From Eledone cirrhosa (Eukaryota), in contig OZ024742.1 in the NCBI GenBank assembly GCA_964016885.1, forward strand, positions 221,898,001 through 221,962,000: DNA of 64,000 bases, written 5' to 3'. The translations under genes and the position numbers were made by a program. Below are positions 1 to 12,727 of the stretch, piece by piece. The notes beneath the pieces are model-generated. The model worked only from the letters and a program-made list of their open reading frames with translations. It was not told where the DNA came from and made no database searches. Each line of letters begins with the position of its first letter. Position 1 is the first letter of the stretch.

Positions 1-1
1 A

Positions 2-100
2 AGTGACAAGCGACGTTGGACCATTCTGTATTCCTACAATCTCCGAGACAATGATCCTGTCTACAAGCATCATCACCCGCAATATTCATATTTAGAGAAG
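2..100 (+). CDS. Host coding exon (5' end outside window) of a PhyH-family 2OG-Fe(II) dioxygenase (ectoine/proline hydroxylase-like)
   Basis: Frame from nt 2 reads SDKRRWTILYSYNLRDNDPVYKHHHPQYSYLEK and ends at a phase-0 donor AAG|GTATGT (100/101). RRW..Y.YN...N.P...HHP.Y resembles the C-terminus of invertebrate/bacterial PhyH-like dioxygenases (recalled, not searched). Confidence 0.75.
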
Positions 101-599
101 GTATGTAAACAAAAGAATCTAGGAAAAATTCACAGGAGAAAAAGCCACATTTTATATAACCCTTTCAATATCATATTTAAAATAAAAAACAGCCAATAAT
201 TTTCAAATAGTTTTGAAAACCAAGAATGTTCAAAGATTTTGTAATATAACTAACTTTCCCATTTTAAAACTAATGTTCGGAATATTTTCTAATTTTACGT
301 TTTCTCAAATTAATCTATTTATTGTACAGCGTCTTTGTCCCTACTCTCGTTTTTATATAACTTTGTACAGCTACATATGTAATTATTCCCTATAAAAATG
401 CACCCCACACACATTTACAAATGTTCCCTTACACCCCTTACAGAGTTTCACCCCTACATCTCCTGTAGAGGTCAACCCCATACCCCCCTCCCATCAGAAG
501 TCAACTCTACAACACCTATACAAATTCATCCCTCCGTCCTCCACACTGACGCACCCATCAAACCAACCCGCAAATTTATCCTATTGTAAACAATTACGT

Positions 600-660
600 T
601 TATCATGTTTACTGTATTTCAATGTGTAGGTCCTTGTGGCTTCTAAAGAAATCATTATTA
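600..660 (+). mobile_element. 3' end of a Tx1-like LINE (divergent) with ATT tail
   Basis: GTCCTTGTGGCTTCTAAAGAAATCATTATTA matches the Tx1-like 3' terminus at 57711-57740. Confidence 0.55.
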
Positions 661-668
661 TAATTATT

Positions 669-1229
669 ACGGTGGATTGGTAGAGTCGTTAGAGCATCGG
701 ACAAACGCTTAGCATTATTATTTATTCTGGGTCTTTTTTAGTTTAAATCCCACCGAGGTAAATTTTGCTAATCATCTTTTCCAGGTTAGTAACATAAAGC
801 ACCAATAGAGTAGCAGGGCCGATATAATTGACTTGCCCTTCCTTCTAAAGATTGTTGGCCATTATTATTTGTCTTTTAGGGCAGTGGATTGGCAGAATCG
901 GTAGAGCATCGGACAACATGCTTAGCGGCATCGTATTACGGCCCTTTACGTTCTGAGTTCAAATCCCGCCGAGCTTAGCTTTGCCTTTCATCCTTACGGG
1001 GGCGATAAAATAGAGTACCAGTGATGCACTGGGATCGATTCAGTCGACTTTCCCTCTTACCGCAAAAATTGCTGGCCTTGTTCTTAAATCAGAATCCATT
1101 ATTATTTCTCTTTTAAACGTATGGGGTCGATAAAATAAAGTACCAGTAATGCACTGGGGTCGATTTAAGCGACTTTCCCTTGCCCCCAAATTGCTGGCCT
1201 TGTGCCAACATCAGAAACCATTATTATTA
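669..1229 (+). mobile_element. Three tandem tRNA-derived SINE copies (~669-868 degenerate, ~879-1105 full, ~1122-1229 5'-truncated)
   Basis: A box TGGCAGAATCGG, B box GAGTTCAAATCCC, core GCCTTTCATCCTTACGGGGTCGATAAAATAAAGTACCAG, ATT tails. TSD-like ATTATTATTT(G/C)TCTTTTA flanks the second copy. Confidence 0.9.
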
Positions 1230-1745
1230 CTTGCCCTGGTGGTCAGGGTGGACGTGGTCTTTTATGTGGTTGTCGCCACGAGTAACCCTCGAAGGTTTCC
1301 CCCTATTGGGGAATTTTTCATTGTTTGAATTTTCATTTTTATTGTTTATATATATGTATATGTTTCTATGTCTTTTTTTTCTTTTTTGTTTCTTATATAA
1401 ATAATGGTTTCTGATATAGGCACAAGGCCAGCAATTTTGGGGGAGGGGAAAGTCGATTAAATCGACTCCAGTGCATTGCTGGTACTTTATTTTATCGACC
1501 CCGTAAGGATGAAAGGCAAAGTTAACCTCGGCGGGATTTGAACTCAGATCATCAAGGGACATAACTCTATGCTGCAAAGCATGGCGTCCGACCCTCTACC
1601 GATACTGCCAATCCACTGTATATAAATAATAAAAAAAATCTTTACACGCACAAAACCCACATCGTACCGTCCTGTATCGTCCTGTGCGGTCTGTAATGTT
1701 TTTCTTGATGTCAACCCTTGTGGCCAATAAAGAAATCATTATTAT
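1230..1745 (+). mobile_element. Tx1-like LINE 3' UTR fragment interrupted by a SINE
   Basis: GCCCTGGTGGTCAGGGT, CCCCTATTGGGGAATTTT and terminal CCCTTGTGGCCAATAAAGAAATCATT are shared with the 3' UTRs at 18986-19230 (rc) and 57482-57735. Confidence 0.85.
1401..1618 (-). mobile_element. tRNA-derived SINE inserted in the Tx1-like 3' UTR
   Basis: Reverse complement of the SINE consensus; direct repeat TATAAATAAT on both sides. Confidence 0.92.
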
Positions 1746-1756
1746 TATTATTATTA

Positions 1757-2060
1757 TTTGCATTTGCATTTATCTTGCTTTATGTTCATACGAGTTATCA
1801 CCAAGTCACAACCAGTGACATCAAGAGACAAGGTCCGCCATGTTCAAGAAAGAACATACATACACACACATGCATCTTTAGGTGTTTAGACTTGTGATGT
1901 ACTTATATTGACAGAATCTTCCTCAGTATATGGGCAGTTCCCATTAGTACTATCTTTTGTATTTCTCCTATACGCGGGTTTCCTGGGATTTGCGATAAGT
2001 AATCATTAGACCCCTTAGGTTTCATTCCTAGAGCGCCTACAACCACTGGTATTGTTTTAG

Positions 2061-2062
<2 letters not shown>
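1757..2062 (-). mobile_element. Dong/R4-like LINE family B, 3' fragment
   Basis: Near-identical reverse complement of ~28030-28328; bounded by (ATT)n on both sides. Confidence 0.92.
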
Positions 2063-2092
<30 letters not shown>

Positions 2093-2100
2093 CATTATTA

Positions 2101-3287
2101 ATTTGATATCTCAGTCATTGATGTTATTTAACTTAAAAAAAATTTTCCACATGAACATCAAGCCGTTACCCGCAGCCTAGGATATTCTAAACGCATTGGA
2201 AGGTCCTTGATGTTCCCTGTAGGCATACCTTTTTAAGCGTTAAAAAAAAGGGGGGGCTGGGCTAATATTCTTTAGCCAGCCTTGAAACTCTTCAAGACGA
2301 CAGTGTCTAATGCTTCTATGACGATTGGAACCGCATTGATCTCAAGACAGTCCCAAATACTTTTCAGTTCCCACTTCAGATCTTGGTACCGGTTAATTTT
2401 CTCGTCCCTTTCTTGCACTCTTGTGTCAAACGGGCAAGCCACATCTATTATCAAGCAAGATTCTTTTTTCGTGTCATAAAACCACCAAGTTAGGCCTATT
2501 GTGTTCTAATTCTTTATCTGTTTGTATTCTGAAATCCCACAGCATCTTCACCCATACGTTTTCTACCACTGACTTTGTCTTATGCTCATACCACTTCTCA
2601 GAGCTGGGCAAATTATACAGTCTGCATAAATTCCAGTGGATCCCTTTTCCTATGATATCATGCCTCCTTCCTATATAATGAGTTTAGGTTAGGTGTTTAC
2701 ACTCGGATAAGATGTGAGCCACAGTTTCCTCTCTCTCACTCCACAGATCCTTCCGAGTCGGCTAGCTTCCTCCTAGTCAATATGATGCTTCATCCAATTC
2801 ATTCTAAGGGATTGCTCCTGTACAACCAGTAGCATTCCTTCTGTAGCTTTCTTAAAGCCCCCTTTCTTTCACCAGTCCTATGTCTGCGGATTTCTGAATT
2901 CTGTTTTCTTCAAGAAGATGCTATGAAGGGCTTTTTCATTCAGATTGTTCTTCCTCTTTGTCGTGACTTCTTTGACATCTTCTGCTCTATTATCTCCTCC
3001 TCCAAAACAGCCCCAAGCAGTGGCTCGTTATTCTCAGACACATATTTATGTAAACAGCTCTTCTCCATCTGAACACAGTCCTCCATTCTGATGAGGCCTC
3101 CCCCCTTCAGATCTCCTTAAGTACAGTTTATCAACATCGCCCTTCTTATGAAACATACTGTAGGTAGTCATTGGTGTCCTTGCCTTTCTATCCGGTTCTT
3201 TTTGTTCGTTTACATTCCATTTAAAAATTCCAACACTGCATCAAATCATAGATAAAGCTCGGGAATTTATTGCACTTATGCTATTCC
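2101..3287 (-). mobile_element. Dong/R4-like RT-RLE LINE family A, degraded 3' part
   Basis: ORF 2272-2454 IIDVACPFDTRV..KINRYQDLKWE (RLE domain); colinear with 4446-5630 and 57784-58960. Confidence 0.9.
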
Positions 3288-4391
3288 ATGGAGGGCTGGT
3301 CATGTCGTTACTAATGATGCGCAACCATGCGCTGAGACTGCGGCATCTCCAGATATTCTGTCTCAAGAGTGAACAGGTGTGGTCACCGTATGTGAGACAG
3401 GTCTTTCCGTAACTCGTCTCTTTGACATAGCTGCAGTCCTAGGCCAAGAAGAGACCGAGACTGAGCGCCTGGCATCTGGAATGTTGCCAGGCGCTCACTT
3501 CCCTCTACCAGGCGGGCAATCCGGTCAGTAGAACTTTCGTGTTTTATAGAGGATTAGTGGTAGGCAAGTGCAACGATGCACTCGGAGAGGCTCTGGACGT
3601 CGACCAAGTCGAACTTACCAGGCTGTTCCGGAGGACTTTCGAGCCGGGAACTATAAATAATTTTCAGAAATCTCTTGTTTGGCAGCGTTACCGAGGGTAT
3701 GCTGCCAATTCGAGATAAAATATACAAGCACGGAAGTGCTGTCAGATGGACCTGATCGAGATGCACGCATAGTGATGAAACCGTCCTGCACGCACTCGTC
3801 GAATGTCCGAGTATTGCTGACCTATGGGTTTATGTCGAGCAGCTGCTGTCACGTGTAGGACGGATCCAGCTATCAACTGAGTCCATTGTGAAGATCGCCC
3901 CACCGCCCTCCTTTACAGGAGTACGACAGGCAGTTTTTATTTGCCTGGTGGGCATGGCGAAAGAGGTCACGCTGTGGACGCCAATTTCCTCTTCGGCAAA
4001 GCCCTGATTAACTTTTTCAGGTTTCACTTGAAGGAGAAAATGAGGGTGGAGAGGGAAGTGCTGCCTTCCGACCAGATTGTTGAAAGGTGGGTGAGAGTGG
4101 CGAGCATGGTCCGTGTGAATGGGCCTGCCTTGAGTATATGCCTGTAGATTGGAGTAGAAAGACTGGGAGAGGGCATTTTGCCTTAACGCACAGGGTGACC
4201 TTGGCTTTTGTGGGTTTTCTACACCAGTGACCCTTTGTCTCCTCACCATTGGGGAAGTTGTTGTGTTTGTTTTAAATGTTTATTTTCTTAGTCTCTGTTA
4301 TAAATGTTGTGTTACACAAAAACCCACACTGTATCACACTGTACCGTCTTTAATGTTTCCTTAATATTAACCCTGTGTGGCTAATAAAGAA

Positions 4392-4392
<1 letters not shown>
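3288..4392 (+). mobile_element. Tx1-like LINE, degraded 3' part of ORF2 plus 3' UTR
   Basis: Colinear with ~56596-57735 (LINFFRFHLKEKMRVEREVLP...ERWVRVASMVRVNGP); (ATT)n tail 4392-4445. Confidence 0.92.
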
Positions 4393-4439
<47 letters not shown>

Positions 4440-4445
4440 GTTATT

Positions 4446-5763
4446 ACTCTTTGAGTCTCAGTCATTGATGTTAGTTAACTGGAAAGTTTGTTGAGATGAA
4501 TATCAAGCCACTACCTGCAGCCTCAGATATTCAGGACGTATCGGAGGGTTCTTGCTGTTCCCAGCAAGCATGCCTTTTGAAGTGTTCCAAAAAGAGAGGC
4601 TGGACTAATCTTCTTTAACCATCCTTGGAAACTCTTTGAGATAGAACCTAGTGCGCCTATGACAATCGGGATGACCTTGTTTTCATGGCAGTTCCAAATC
4701 CTTTTTACCTCCCACTTTAAGTCCTGGTATCGGTTAATTTTCTCCCTCCTTTTCTTGCACTCTCGTGTCAAATGGGCAGGCTACATCTACAATCAGGCAC
4801 AAATCTTTTTTCCTTGTCCCAAACCACCAGGTCAGGCCTATTGTGTTCTAATTTCTTGTCCGTCTGTATCCTAAAATCCCATAGCACCTTCACCTGATCG
4901 TTTTCTATCACCGACTCTGGCTTATGCTCATACCACTTCTCCGAATGTGGTAAATTGTTTACTTTGCATAGATGCCAGTGGATCACCCTGCCTATCACAT
5001 CATGTCTCCAGCCTTTATAATGAGTCTGGGCTAGGTGTTTACACTCGGATACAATGTGAGCCACAGTCTCCTCTCTCTCCCCACAGATCCTACACAGTGA
5101 GCTAGCCTCCTCCTTGTCAATATGGTGTCTCATCCACTTCGTTCTGAGGGCTTGCTCTTGCGCAGCCATTAGCATTCCTTCTGTAGCTTTTTTAAGGTCT
5201 TCTCTTTTTAACCAGTTCCATGTCTGTGGATCTCTAAATTCCGTTTTCTCAAAGAAGGTACTATGAAGGGATTTTTCATGAAGGTTGCTCTTCCTCCTTG
5301 TTGTTATTTCCTCCTTGGACATCCCCTGGTCTATTGTCCCCTCCTTCAGTACAATTTTGAGCATTGGCTCCCTACTGTCAGTCACATATTTGTGCAGATT
5401 GTTTTTCTCCATCTGAACACAGTCCTCTATGCTGATTAGACCTCTTCTACCTTCAGATCTCCTTAAGTAGAGTCTATCGACATCACTCCTCTTGTGGAAC
5501 ATGTAGATAGTCAATAGCTTCCTAGTCTTCCTATCCATTTCTTTTTGTTCAGCAACATTCCATTTCAGAATTCCCGCACTGTACCTAATAATAGACACAG
5601 CTCGGGAATTCACAGCACTTATGACATTCCTACTATTTAGATGTGATTTTACTACGCTCCTTACTCTCATTATCTACTCAGATCTTATCAATTCCCTCAT
5701 TTTTTTGTTCTTGATGTCATCTGCCCTCAGAACACCTAAATATTTGTATACCTCTTCAGTGTC
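4446..5763 (-). mobile_element. Dong/R4-like LINE family A, 5'-truncated
   Basis: ORFs 4768-5670 and 4523-4771: RT thumb, CRICGEREETVAHIVSEC zinc finger, RHD, RPDLVV, KINRYQDL. (ATT)n at both ends. Confidence 0.95.
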
Positions 5764-5783
5764 ATTATTATTATTATTATTAT

Positions 5784-5901
5784 GGGTCTGAGTTCAAGTC
5801 CCGCCGAGGTTAACTTTGCCTTTGATCCTTACGAGGTCGATAAAATAAAGTACCAGTAATGCACTGGGATAATTGCTGGCCTTGTGCCAAAAGTAGAAAC
5901 A

Positions 5902-5949
<48 letters not shown>

Positions 5950-6218
5950 TGAGGCCGGTGGATTGGCAGTATCGGTAGAGGGTCGGACGCCATGCTTTGC
6001 AGCATAGAGTTACGGACCTTTATATATCTGAGTTCAAATCCCGCCGAGATTAACTTTGCCTTTCATCCTTACGGGGTCGATAAAATAAAGTACCAGTCAC
6101 GCACTGGTGTCGATCGAATCGACTTTCTCTTTTCCCAAAATTGCTGGCTTTGTGCCTATATTAGAAACCATTATTATTATTATTATTATTATTATTATAA
6201 TTATTATAATTATTATTG
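5784..6218 (+). mobile_element. Two tRNA-derived SINEs with long (ATT)n tails (5784-5950 truncated; 5953-6218 full)
   Basis: SINE consensus, with both A and B boxes in the second copy; its tail abuts the host splice acceptor. Confidence 0.92.
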
Positions 6219-6221
6219 CAG

Positions 6222-6335
6222 GTTCCTGATTCTGCGGTGAAAGAGTGCCAGAACTACACCGACATGTCCGGCAAAGACTTCCTCGACCCTGCAAACGATA
6301 ACACTGTCACAGCCAATCAGAAAGTAAAACAATAA
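6222..6335 (+). CDS. Terminal coding exon of the same PhyH-like gene
   Basis: Acceptor TTGCAG| at 6221; VPDSAVKECQNYTDMSGKDFLDPANDNTVTANQKVKQ-stop. Continues exon 2-100 in phase (EK|VPDSA); AATAAA at 6331 and ~6467. Confidence 0.75.
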   Translation, partial: VPDSAVKECQNYTDMSGKDFLDPANDNTVTANQKVKQ

Positions 6336-6533
6336 AGATTGTCTTTGTTATCAAATTTGGGGAATTTCTCCTGGTTAACAAGGAAGGCAATCAAGTGAGT
6401 TCTACCTTGTCACATACACTTTAGCGTGAGATCTACTTTAACTACAACACTTTATAATGCAGGACAAATAAAAGTAACTTGAATAATATTGAATAATCAG
6501 TTATTAAATCTTTTGATACCAAATTGCATGAAA

Positions 6534-6576
6534 CCTCCTCCTCCTCCTCCTTCTTCTTCTTCTTCTTCTTCTTCTT

Positions 6577-6607
<31 letters not shown>

Positions 6608-8340
6608 GGGTCATGGGGCAGAGTCCTCAAACACTCCTTCCAGCGAGTCCTGTCAGAAGCAACTATCTCCAACTGGACCCCCCCCCCCCCCAAGCGAGAC
6701 CAGCCAAACTCATGGGATATTATTCAGCCATCTTGCTCGAGGTCTACCTCTGGGTCTCCTGGCGGTTGGTTTTCCTCGTAAAATCTGTCCAGCAATTCTT
6801 TCTTGAGACATTCTAACCACATGCCCATAGTATCGGAGTTGTGATCTCTCAATTCGGAGAAGTAGCTCTACCTGGAACGACTCTGATCTCCCATCTATGC
6901 ACTCTATTAAGTAACGTTACTCTAAAGACTCTTTGGAGGAACCCCATTTCGGTTGCTTGTGTTCGCGATTGTATTCTTTCGGTCATGACCCAAGGTACGG
7001 ATACCGAATTGATGATTGCGAGTTTGGCTTTTACATCTACTTCCCTTCTTCTGATTACCGAACGCCGAAGCTGGAGCATTACTACACCAGCTTCTGCAAT
7101 TCTTGCACTTAGTTCAGCCTCCTGCCTTCCATCACTCGTGAACACGGCCTTGAGGACTTGAACTTCACCTGTTTCAGTGGAAATTAATTCACATGTAGAG
7201 TGCACTGCGCAGGCTTCCTCGAGAAGATGAGTGTCTCAGTCATCTCAGCCCTGATTTTCATTCCAGCTATGCAACACTCGGCATCAAACTTATCAAGTGA
7301 ATGTCGGAGATCACCTTCTGTCGAGTTAAGTAACACCATATCGTTTGCAAATTCCAGCCGACAGATTTTACATCTTCCAGTCGTGATATCACTTGCAACC
7401 CGACTGTGTATGAAAGCCTGTTCATGAAAATACTGAACAGGAGAGGTGACAGTACGCACCCTTGACGGAGTCCGACTCCCACATTGAATAGTTTAGATTT
7501 AGCACCATTTATCCGAACACAAATACTCGTGCTTTCATATAGAGACATCAAGGCAGCAAGAGCCCATACTCCTACAGAACCTTCCACAGCAGGTCCCGAG
7601 GAACGCAGTCATATGCCTTTTCGAGCTCTCGAAAACAAGAATATACCTCTTGGCAATACTCCCACGATTTCCGCACTGTGAATATTTGGTCGGCTGTGCT
7701 GTGTCCAGGGCGAACACCTCATCAGCTAGGCTGGACTCAACAATCTTCCTGCATTTCTTTGCATAGATTTTCCCGGGGAGGCTTTAACAAAAAGATCCAT
7801 CTAATAATTACAGCAATCTTTCTTGTCTCCCTTTTTGAAAATTGGGATTATCACCCCCGATTGCGATTGCTTAGGTGCTTTTCCAGAGATCCAGGCCATC
7901 TGGCAAACACAAATCAGCCAGAGAATACCTGCTCTATTTAAGTCTTTTAACATCTTGGGCCAGATTTCCTCTTCCCAAGCGGCCTGGCCACATTTGAGCT
8001 CTTTAACTGCTCATGTGACCTCAGCTTCCGAAAGATTAGTCACCGCTCCCAGGTGCAATTCGTGTACATCAGAAGATGCTGTTGTAATCGGGTTTGGGAG
8101 ATAGGCAAAGTATTTTCTCCACCTCGCAAGGATGCATCTCTCTGAAGAGAGGAGAAGCTCAGACACATTCGTGATAGTAGGTGTGGAGGAGGACTTCTTA
8201 TTCGAAGTCGGTGGATGGTCTTTCAGAATACTTAATTTGCTTATCAGAAGTCGGAATCCAGCTTAACCCCAAAGTCCTCCCATGTCTTAACTTTGGACTC
8301 CTTTACTGTCTCTTCTGCGGTTCTTCTTGCCATTTTGTAT
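6534..8340 (-). mobile_element. Degraded RTE-clade LINE with (AAG)n tail
   Basis: Frameshifted ORFs: VRINGAKSKLFNVGVGLRQGCVLSPLLFSIFM, LEFANDMVLL, TERIQSRTQATEMGFLQRV, SDRTRWKE. (TTC)n/(CTC)n at 6534-6606. Confidence 0.88.
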
Positions 8341-8616
8341 TTATCTAAAAACATTCCATCACAATTCTATGTCAGAACATTTGTTAAATTATGTTACAAT
8401 TGCGAGCTGAACACACTAACCCCTACACCGCCCATCTTCATCATTACACAACATATGCTACAGATACTGCGGTAGACAGCAAGTTGAAATAACAACTAAT
8501 TATTTCGTTTTTGTTTCGTTATGAGGAAATCGTCAGCAGATGTTTCTTCATTGTCAAACACCAACACGCAGACAATATACAGAGTAAACAGAGTAAACAA
8601 TTATCATATATTCTCT

Positions 8617-9180
8617 CACAACACCACATCACAACACCGATTCACCACTACACGACAACGCCATAACACCACAACACCACAACACCACAACACAAAACCG
8701 CTTCACCACTACACTACAACACCACTACACCACAACACCACAACACCACAACACCACACCACAAAACCGCTTCACCACTACACTACAACACCACAACACC
8801 ACAACACCACAACACTACCACACCACAACACTACCACACCACAACATCACACCACAACACCGCTTCACCACAACACCACAACACCACAACAGCACACCAC
8901 GACACCGTTTCACCACTACACTACAACACCACCACACCACAACACTACCACACCACAACACCACCACACCACAACATCACACCACAACATCACCACACCA
9001 CAACACCACCACACCACAACATCACACCACAACACCGCTTCACCACAACACCACAACACCACAACATCACCACACCACAACACACCACAACATCACCACA
9101 CCACAACACCACCACACCACAACATCACCACACTATAACATTACAATACTACAACATAATTACAAACAATATCACAAACA
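8617..9180. repeat. Cryptic CAC/AAC (CACCACAA-type) simple repeat
   Basis: Degenerate caccacaa units; source of ORF 8521-9138. Confidence 0.9.
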
Positions 9181-9286
9181 AAGCCTTTACTGTTCAAATC
9201 AATGACTGGCTTCTTTCTTAAATAATCGATAAACTCCTCAACTGATGGTGAGCTACACCGTATTACTATATATATATATATATATA

Positions 9287-9694
9287 TTGCTATACTTGGG
9301 GAGGGTCATATTTGTGTAATATTGCCAGAATTAATAACAGAACACACTCACTGTTTGGTTGGTTTTCGCTTCTCGCTTCTGTGTCTTTTATATCGGTAAT
9401 CTAACTTACTCGGTCCTCAATGTTGCCACTGACTGACCGACGGTCAAAAATAATACAGATACAATATAGACACAAACACATATATATAGTTTATCATAAA
9501 TCTTTCGTTGCACATCTGCAACATCGTCAGTGGTGCTATATTTTCCTCCTGTTGTATTGTATGTCTACGCCATTTTTATTCAGTCTGTCTATATATTTAT
9601 TTAATTATTTTCTTGTTTGTTTATTTTATTTTGTCTTTGCGCATGCGTTTGCGTGTGTGCATATAAAAAACCTCGCAAAACTAATTCATCGCCG

Positions 9695-9696
<2 letters not shown>
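9287..9696 (-). mobile_element. Short (TA)n-flanked Penelope-related non-autonomous element (copies at 40868-41109 and 47671-48397)
   Basis: Near-identical to the rc of 48003-48397; termini GCGGCG..GCGAGGTTTTTTATATG and ATGACCCTCCCCAAGTATA; partial hammerhead core at 9503-9530. Confidence 0.8.
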
Positions 9697-9741
<45 letters not shown>

Positions 9742-9803
9742 TACATACATGTATACATATATATATATATATATGCATGTATGTACATATATTTGCATAT
9801 ATA

Positions 9804-10000
<197 letters not shown>

Positions 10001-10029
10001 ATATGTATGTATAAATATATATATAAATA

Positions 10030-10338
<309 letters not shown>

Positions 10339-10413
10339 GAATCAGGACCCCAACGGCCGAGCTCCGGCCGTTTCGGCAGCTAGATATATATGTATATATG
10401 CAAATATATTTAT

Positions 10414-10473
<60 letters not shown>

Positions 10474-10715
10474 TGTTAGCATGAAATACTCCATAAAAGA
10501 TTTCTGATTAATAACTTAAAAAGATCTATATTCAAACTGTAATATAAAGCGTTGTGTTTAATCAACTGTTTTCAGGAAACATATATTGTGAGGAAATATA
10601 ATTAAGTACACGCTACAAACTAAATACAATCTAGGTTTTATTTATTCTCTTACTCACTTTCTTTCCTTCTCTTCCCCTCTCTCTGTCTCCCTGTCTGTCT
10701 GTCTGTCTCTCTCTG

Positions 10716-10750
<35 letters not shown>

Positions 10751-10883
10751 TACACAATATATACATCTGTGTGTATGTGTGTATATATATATATATGTAT
10801 ATATGTATATATATATATATGTATATATATGTATGTATGTATATATATATATGTATGTATCTATATGTATGTATATATATATG

Positions 10884-10938
<55 letters not shown>

Positions 10939-11125
10939 GTATATATATATGTATATATTGTTATACTTTGGGAGGGTCATGTTGCCAACAAATTCAGAAA
11001 CGAAATATATGTATATATATATGTATATATGTATGTATATATATGTATATATATAAACAAGGTTTAGCAAATAATGAAAAAGTTTCAAAATAAATTTTAA
11101 AAAATTGACTTTACCTACTATAGTT

Positions 11126-11209
11126 ACCTTTACCGATCGGTTTCGAATCCCAAAAATAAAACGGAGACCATACGGCCTTCGTTGCAAAGAAAGATTCTCG
11201 TCAGAAGGT
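11126..11209 (-). ncRNA. Type I hammerhead ribozyme (canonical core)
   Basis: Minus strand: ACCUU-CUGACGA-GAAUC...GAUUC-GAA-ACCGAUCGGU-A-AAGGU. Stem I 5 bp, stem II 5 bp plus 2 GU pairs, palindromic stem III, GUA cleavage triplet. Confidence 0.88.
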
Positions 11210-11501
11210 TCTTTTCATTCAAAGAATATAAAATTCCTGAATTTAAATTACAGACTAGCGCTATCAAAACTGTTCCCGTGATGAGAGTGGATGATGTAGA
11301 AACAGGTTTATCAAGGGCCGAAGTAAAGATAGAGGCAGAAGGAGGTAGGTCAAACCAGCCACAGCTATCACTAGCAGCAGTCAGAGCGACCAAATTTGTT
11401 CTCAACATTAGAGGAGATATGTACATATATGTATATATATATGTATGTATGTATGAATGTATATATATATATATATATACATTCATACATACATACATAT
11501 A

Positions 11502-11534
<33 letters not shown>

Positions 11535-11715
11535 GTATATATAGGAGGTGAGTTTTATTTTAGTACAATAAAGCAATGCAGATATCGGATAAGAAGCACT
11601 CTACAGTTAGTATACATAATATATATATATGTATATATATATGTATATATATATATGTATATATGTATGCATATATGTGTATATATATATGTTTGTATAT
11701 GTATATATATATGTT

Positions 11716-11794
<79 letters not shown>

Positions 11795-11796
11795 GC

Positions 11797-11935
11797 AGGG
11801 TGTCCCCAAAAAATGTGTGCACATTTCAACAGCAGATAACTGAAAGCGTATTAAAAAGAATGAAGTGGAAGGCAATCTTATTCGACAAATGCGTATTAAG
11901 CGGACATATTTGATCAAATATGAATTCACACCACA
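11797..11935 (+). mobile_element. Tc1/mariner-type terminal fragment
   Basis: CAGGGTGTCCCCAAAAAATGTG after a TA run; no partner TIR seen. Confidence 0.5.
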
Positions 11936-11999
11936 AAATATAAAGGAAGATTTGAAGAAGAGTTAATTAGACATATATAAACGTGATCTGTAATAGTAG

Positions 12000-12480
12000 A
12001 ACTAATATTTTACTGAATGAATCTATAGAATAATTACTTCGTCCAAAACTCCGCTACCTTTCCGTGAAAATATGTATGAGACTGATAGACATGCTTACAG
12101 AAGAGAATTATTAGCAAATATAACCGAAACATGATAATGGATCTTTCACCAGTCTCAACGATGAACATTCGTCGTTCGATCAAGTCAACATCTGAAATAC
12201 GAATTGACGTGCAAACAGTTTTCTATTCCGCAGACACGTGTAACTTTAATGAGGAATTCTTTGACAAACCCATGGGTTATTTCAATGGTGCAGAGATAGA
12301 AGCTTTTGAGGGCATCTACATTCTTGAAAAATCCATACTAGAGGATAAGGCTAGCATAGGATTATATACAGACGACGATATAACTGAAACGGACATGATA
12401 TAGATAAAACCAGAAAGAATATTCCCTTAATTAAAACTCATGATACAAGAAATACAAACGAATAGCTATTCACACAGACT
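12000..12480 (+). pseudogene. Highly degraded Penelope-like reverse transcriptase relic
   Basis: ORF 12131-12403 FDKPMGYFNGAEIEAFEGIYILE...IGLYTDD resembles the PLE RT motif FDVxMGSFDGAExCELVGLYIL...GLYRDD. Confidence 0.7.
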
Positions 12481-12506
12481 TCAAAATGAGCCTATACACC
12501 CTAAGA

Positions 12507-12727
12507 CAGGCTTGTCAAACATGTGGCTCGCGGGATACATGTAGCCCTTTACAAGCACGCCTGCGGCCCGCACAAAGGTTTTTACAGCACGAGCATGTTT
12601 TATCTTCGTAATATAAAATTAAAAAAAAATGTGTTGTAATGTCCGCAATTAGTTGTCGTGTGTGGTCCTCAGACAACACATATGTGACCCACCTGACCCT
12701 CGGGAGACCCTCAGTTTGACATGCCTG
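12507..12727. mobile_element. hAT (Charlie-like) MITE
   Basis: TIRs CAGGCTTGTCAAAC / GTTTGACATGCCTG; perfect 8-bp TSD CCCTAAGA (12499-12506, 12728-12735). Confidence 0.93.

Noticed and set aside
6395-6400. GTGAGT donor in the host 3' UTR
   Set aside because: No downstream exon identified, and nearby AATAAA signals explain termination.
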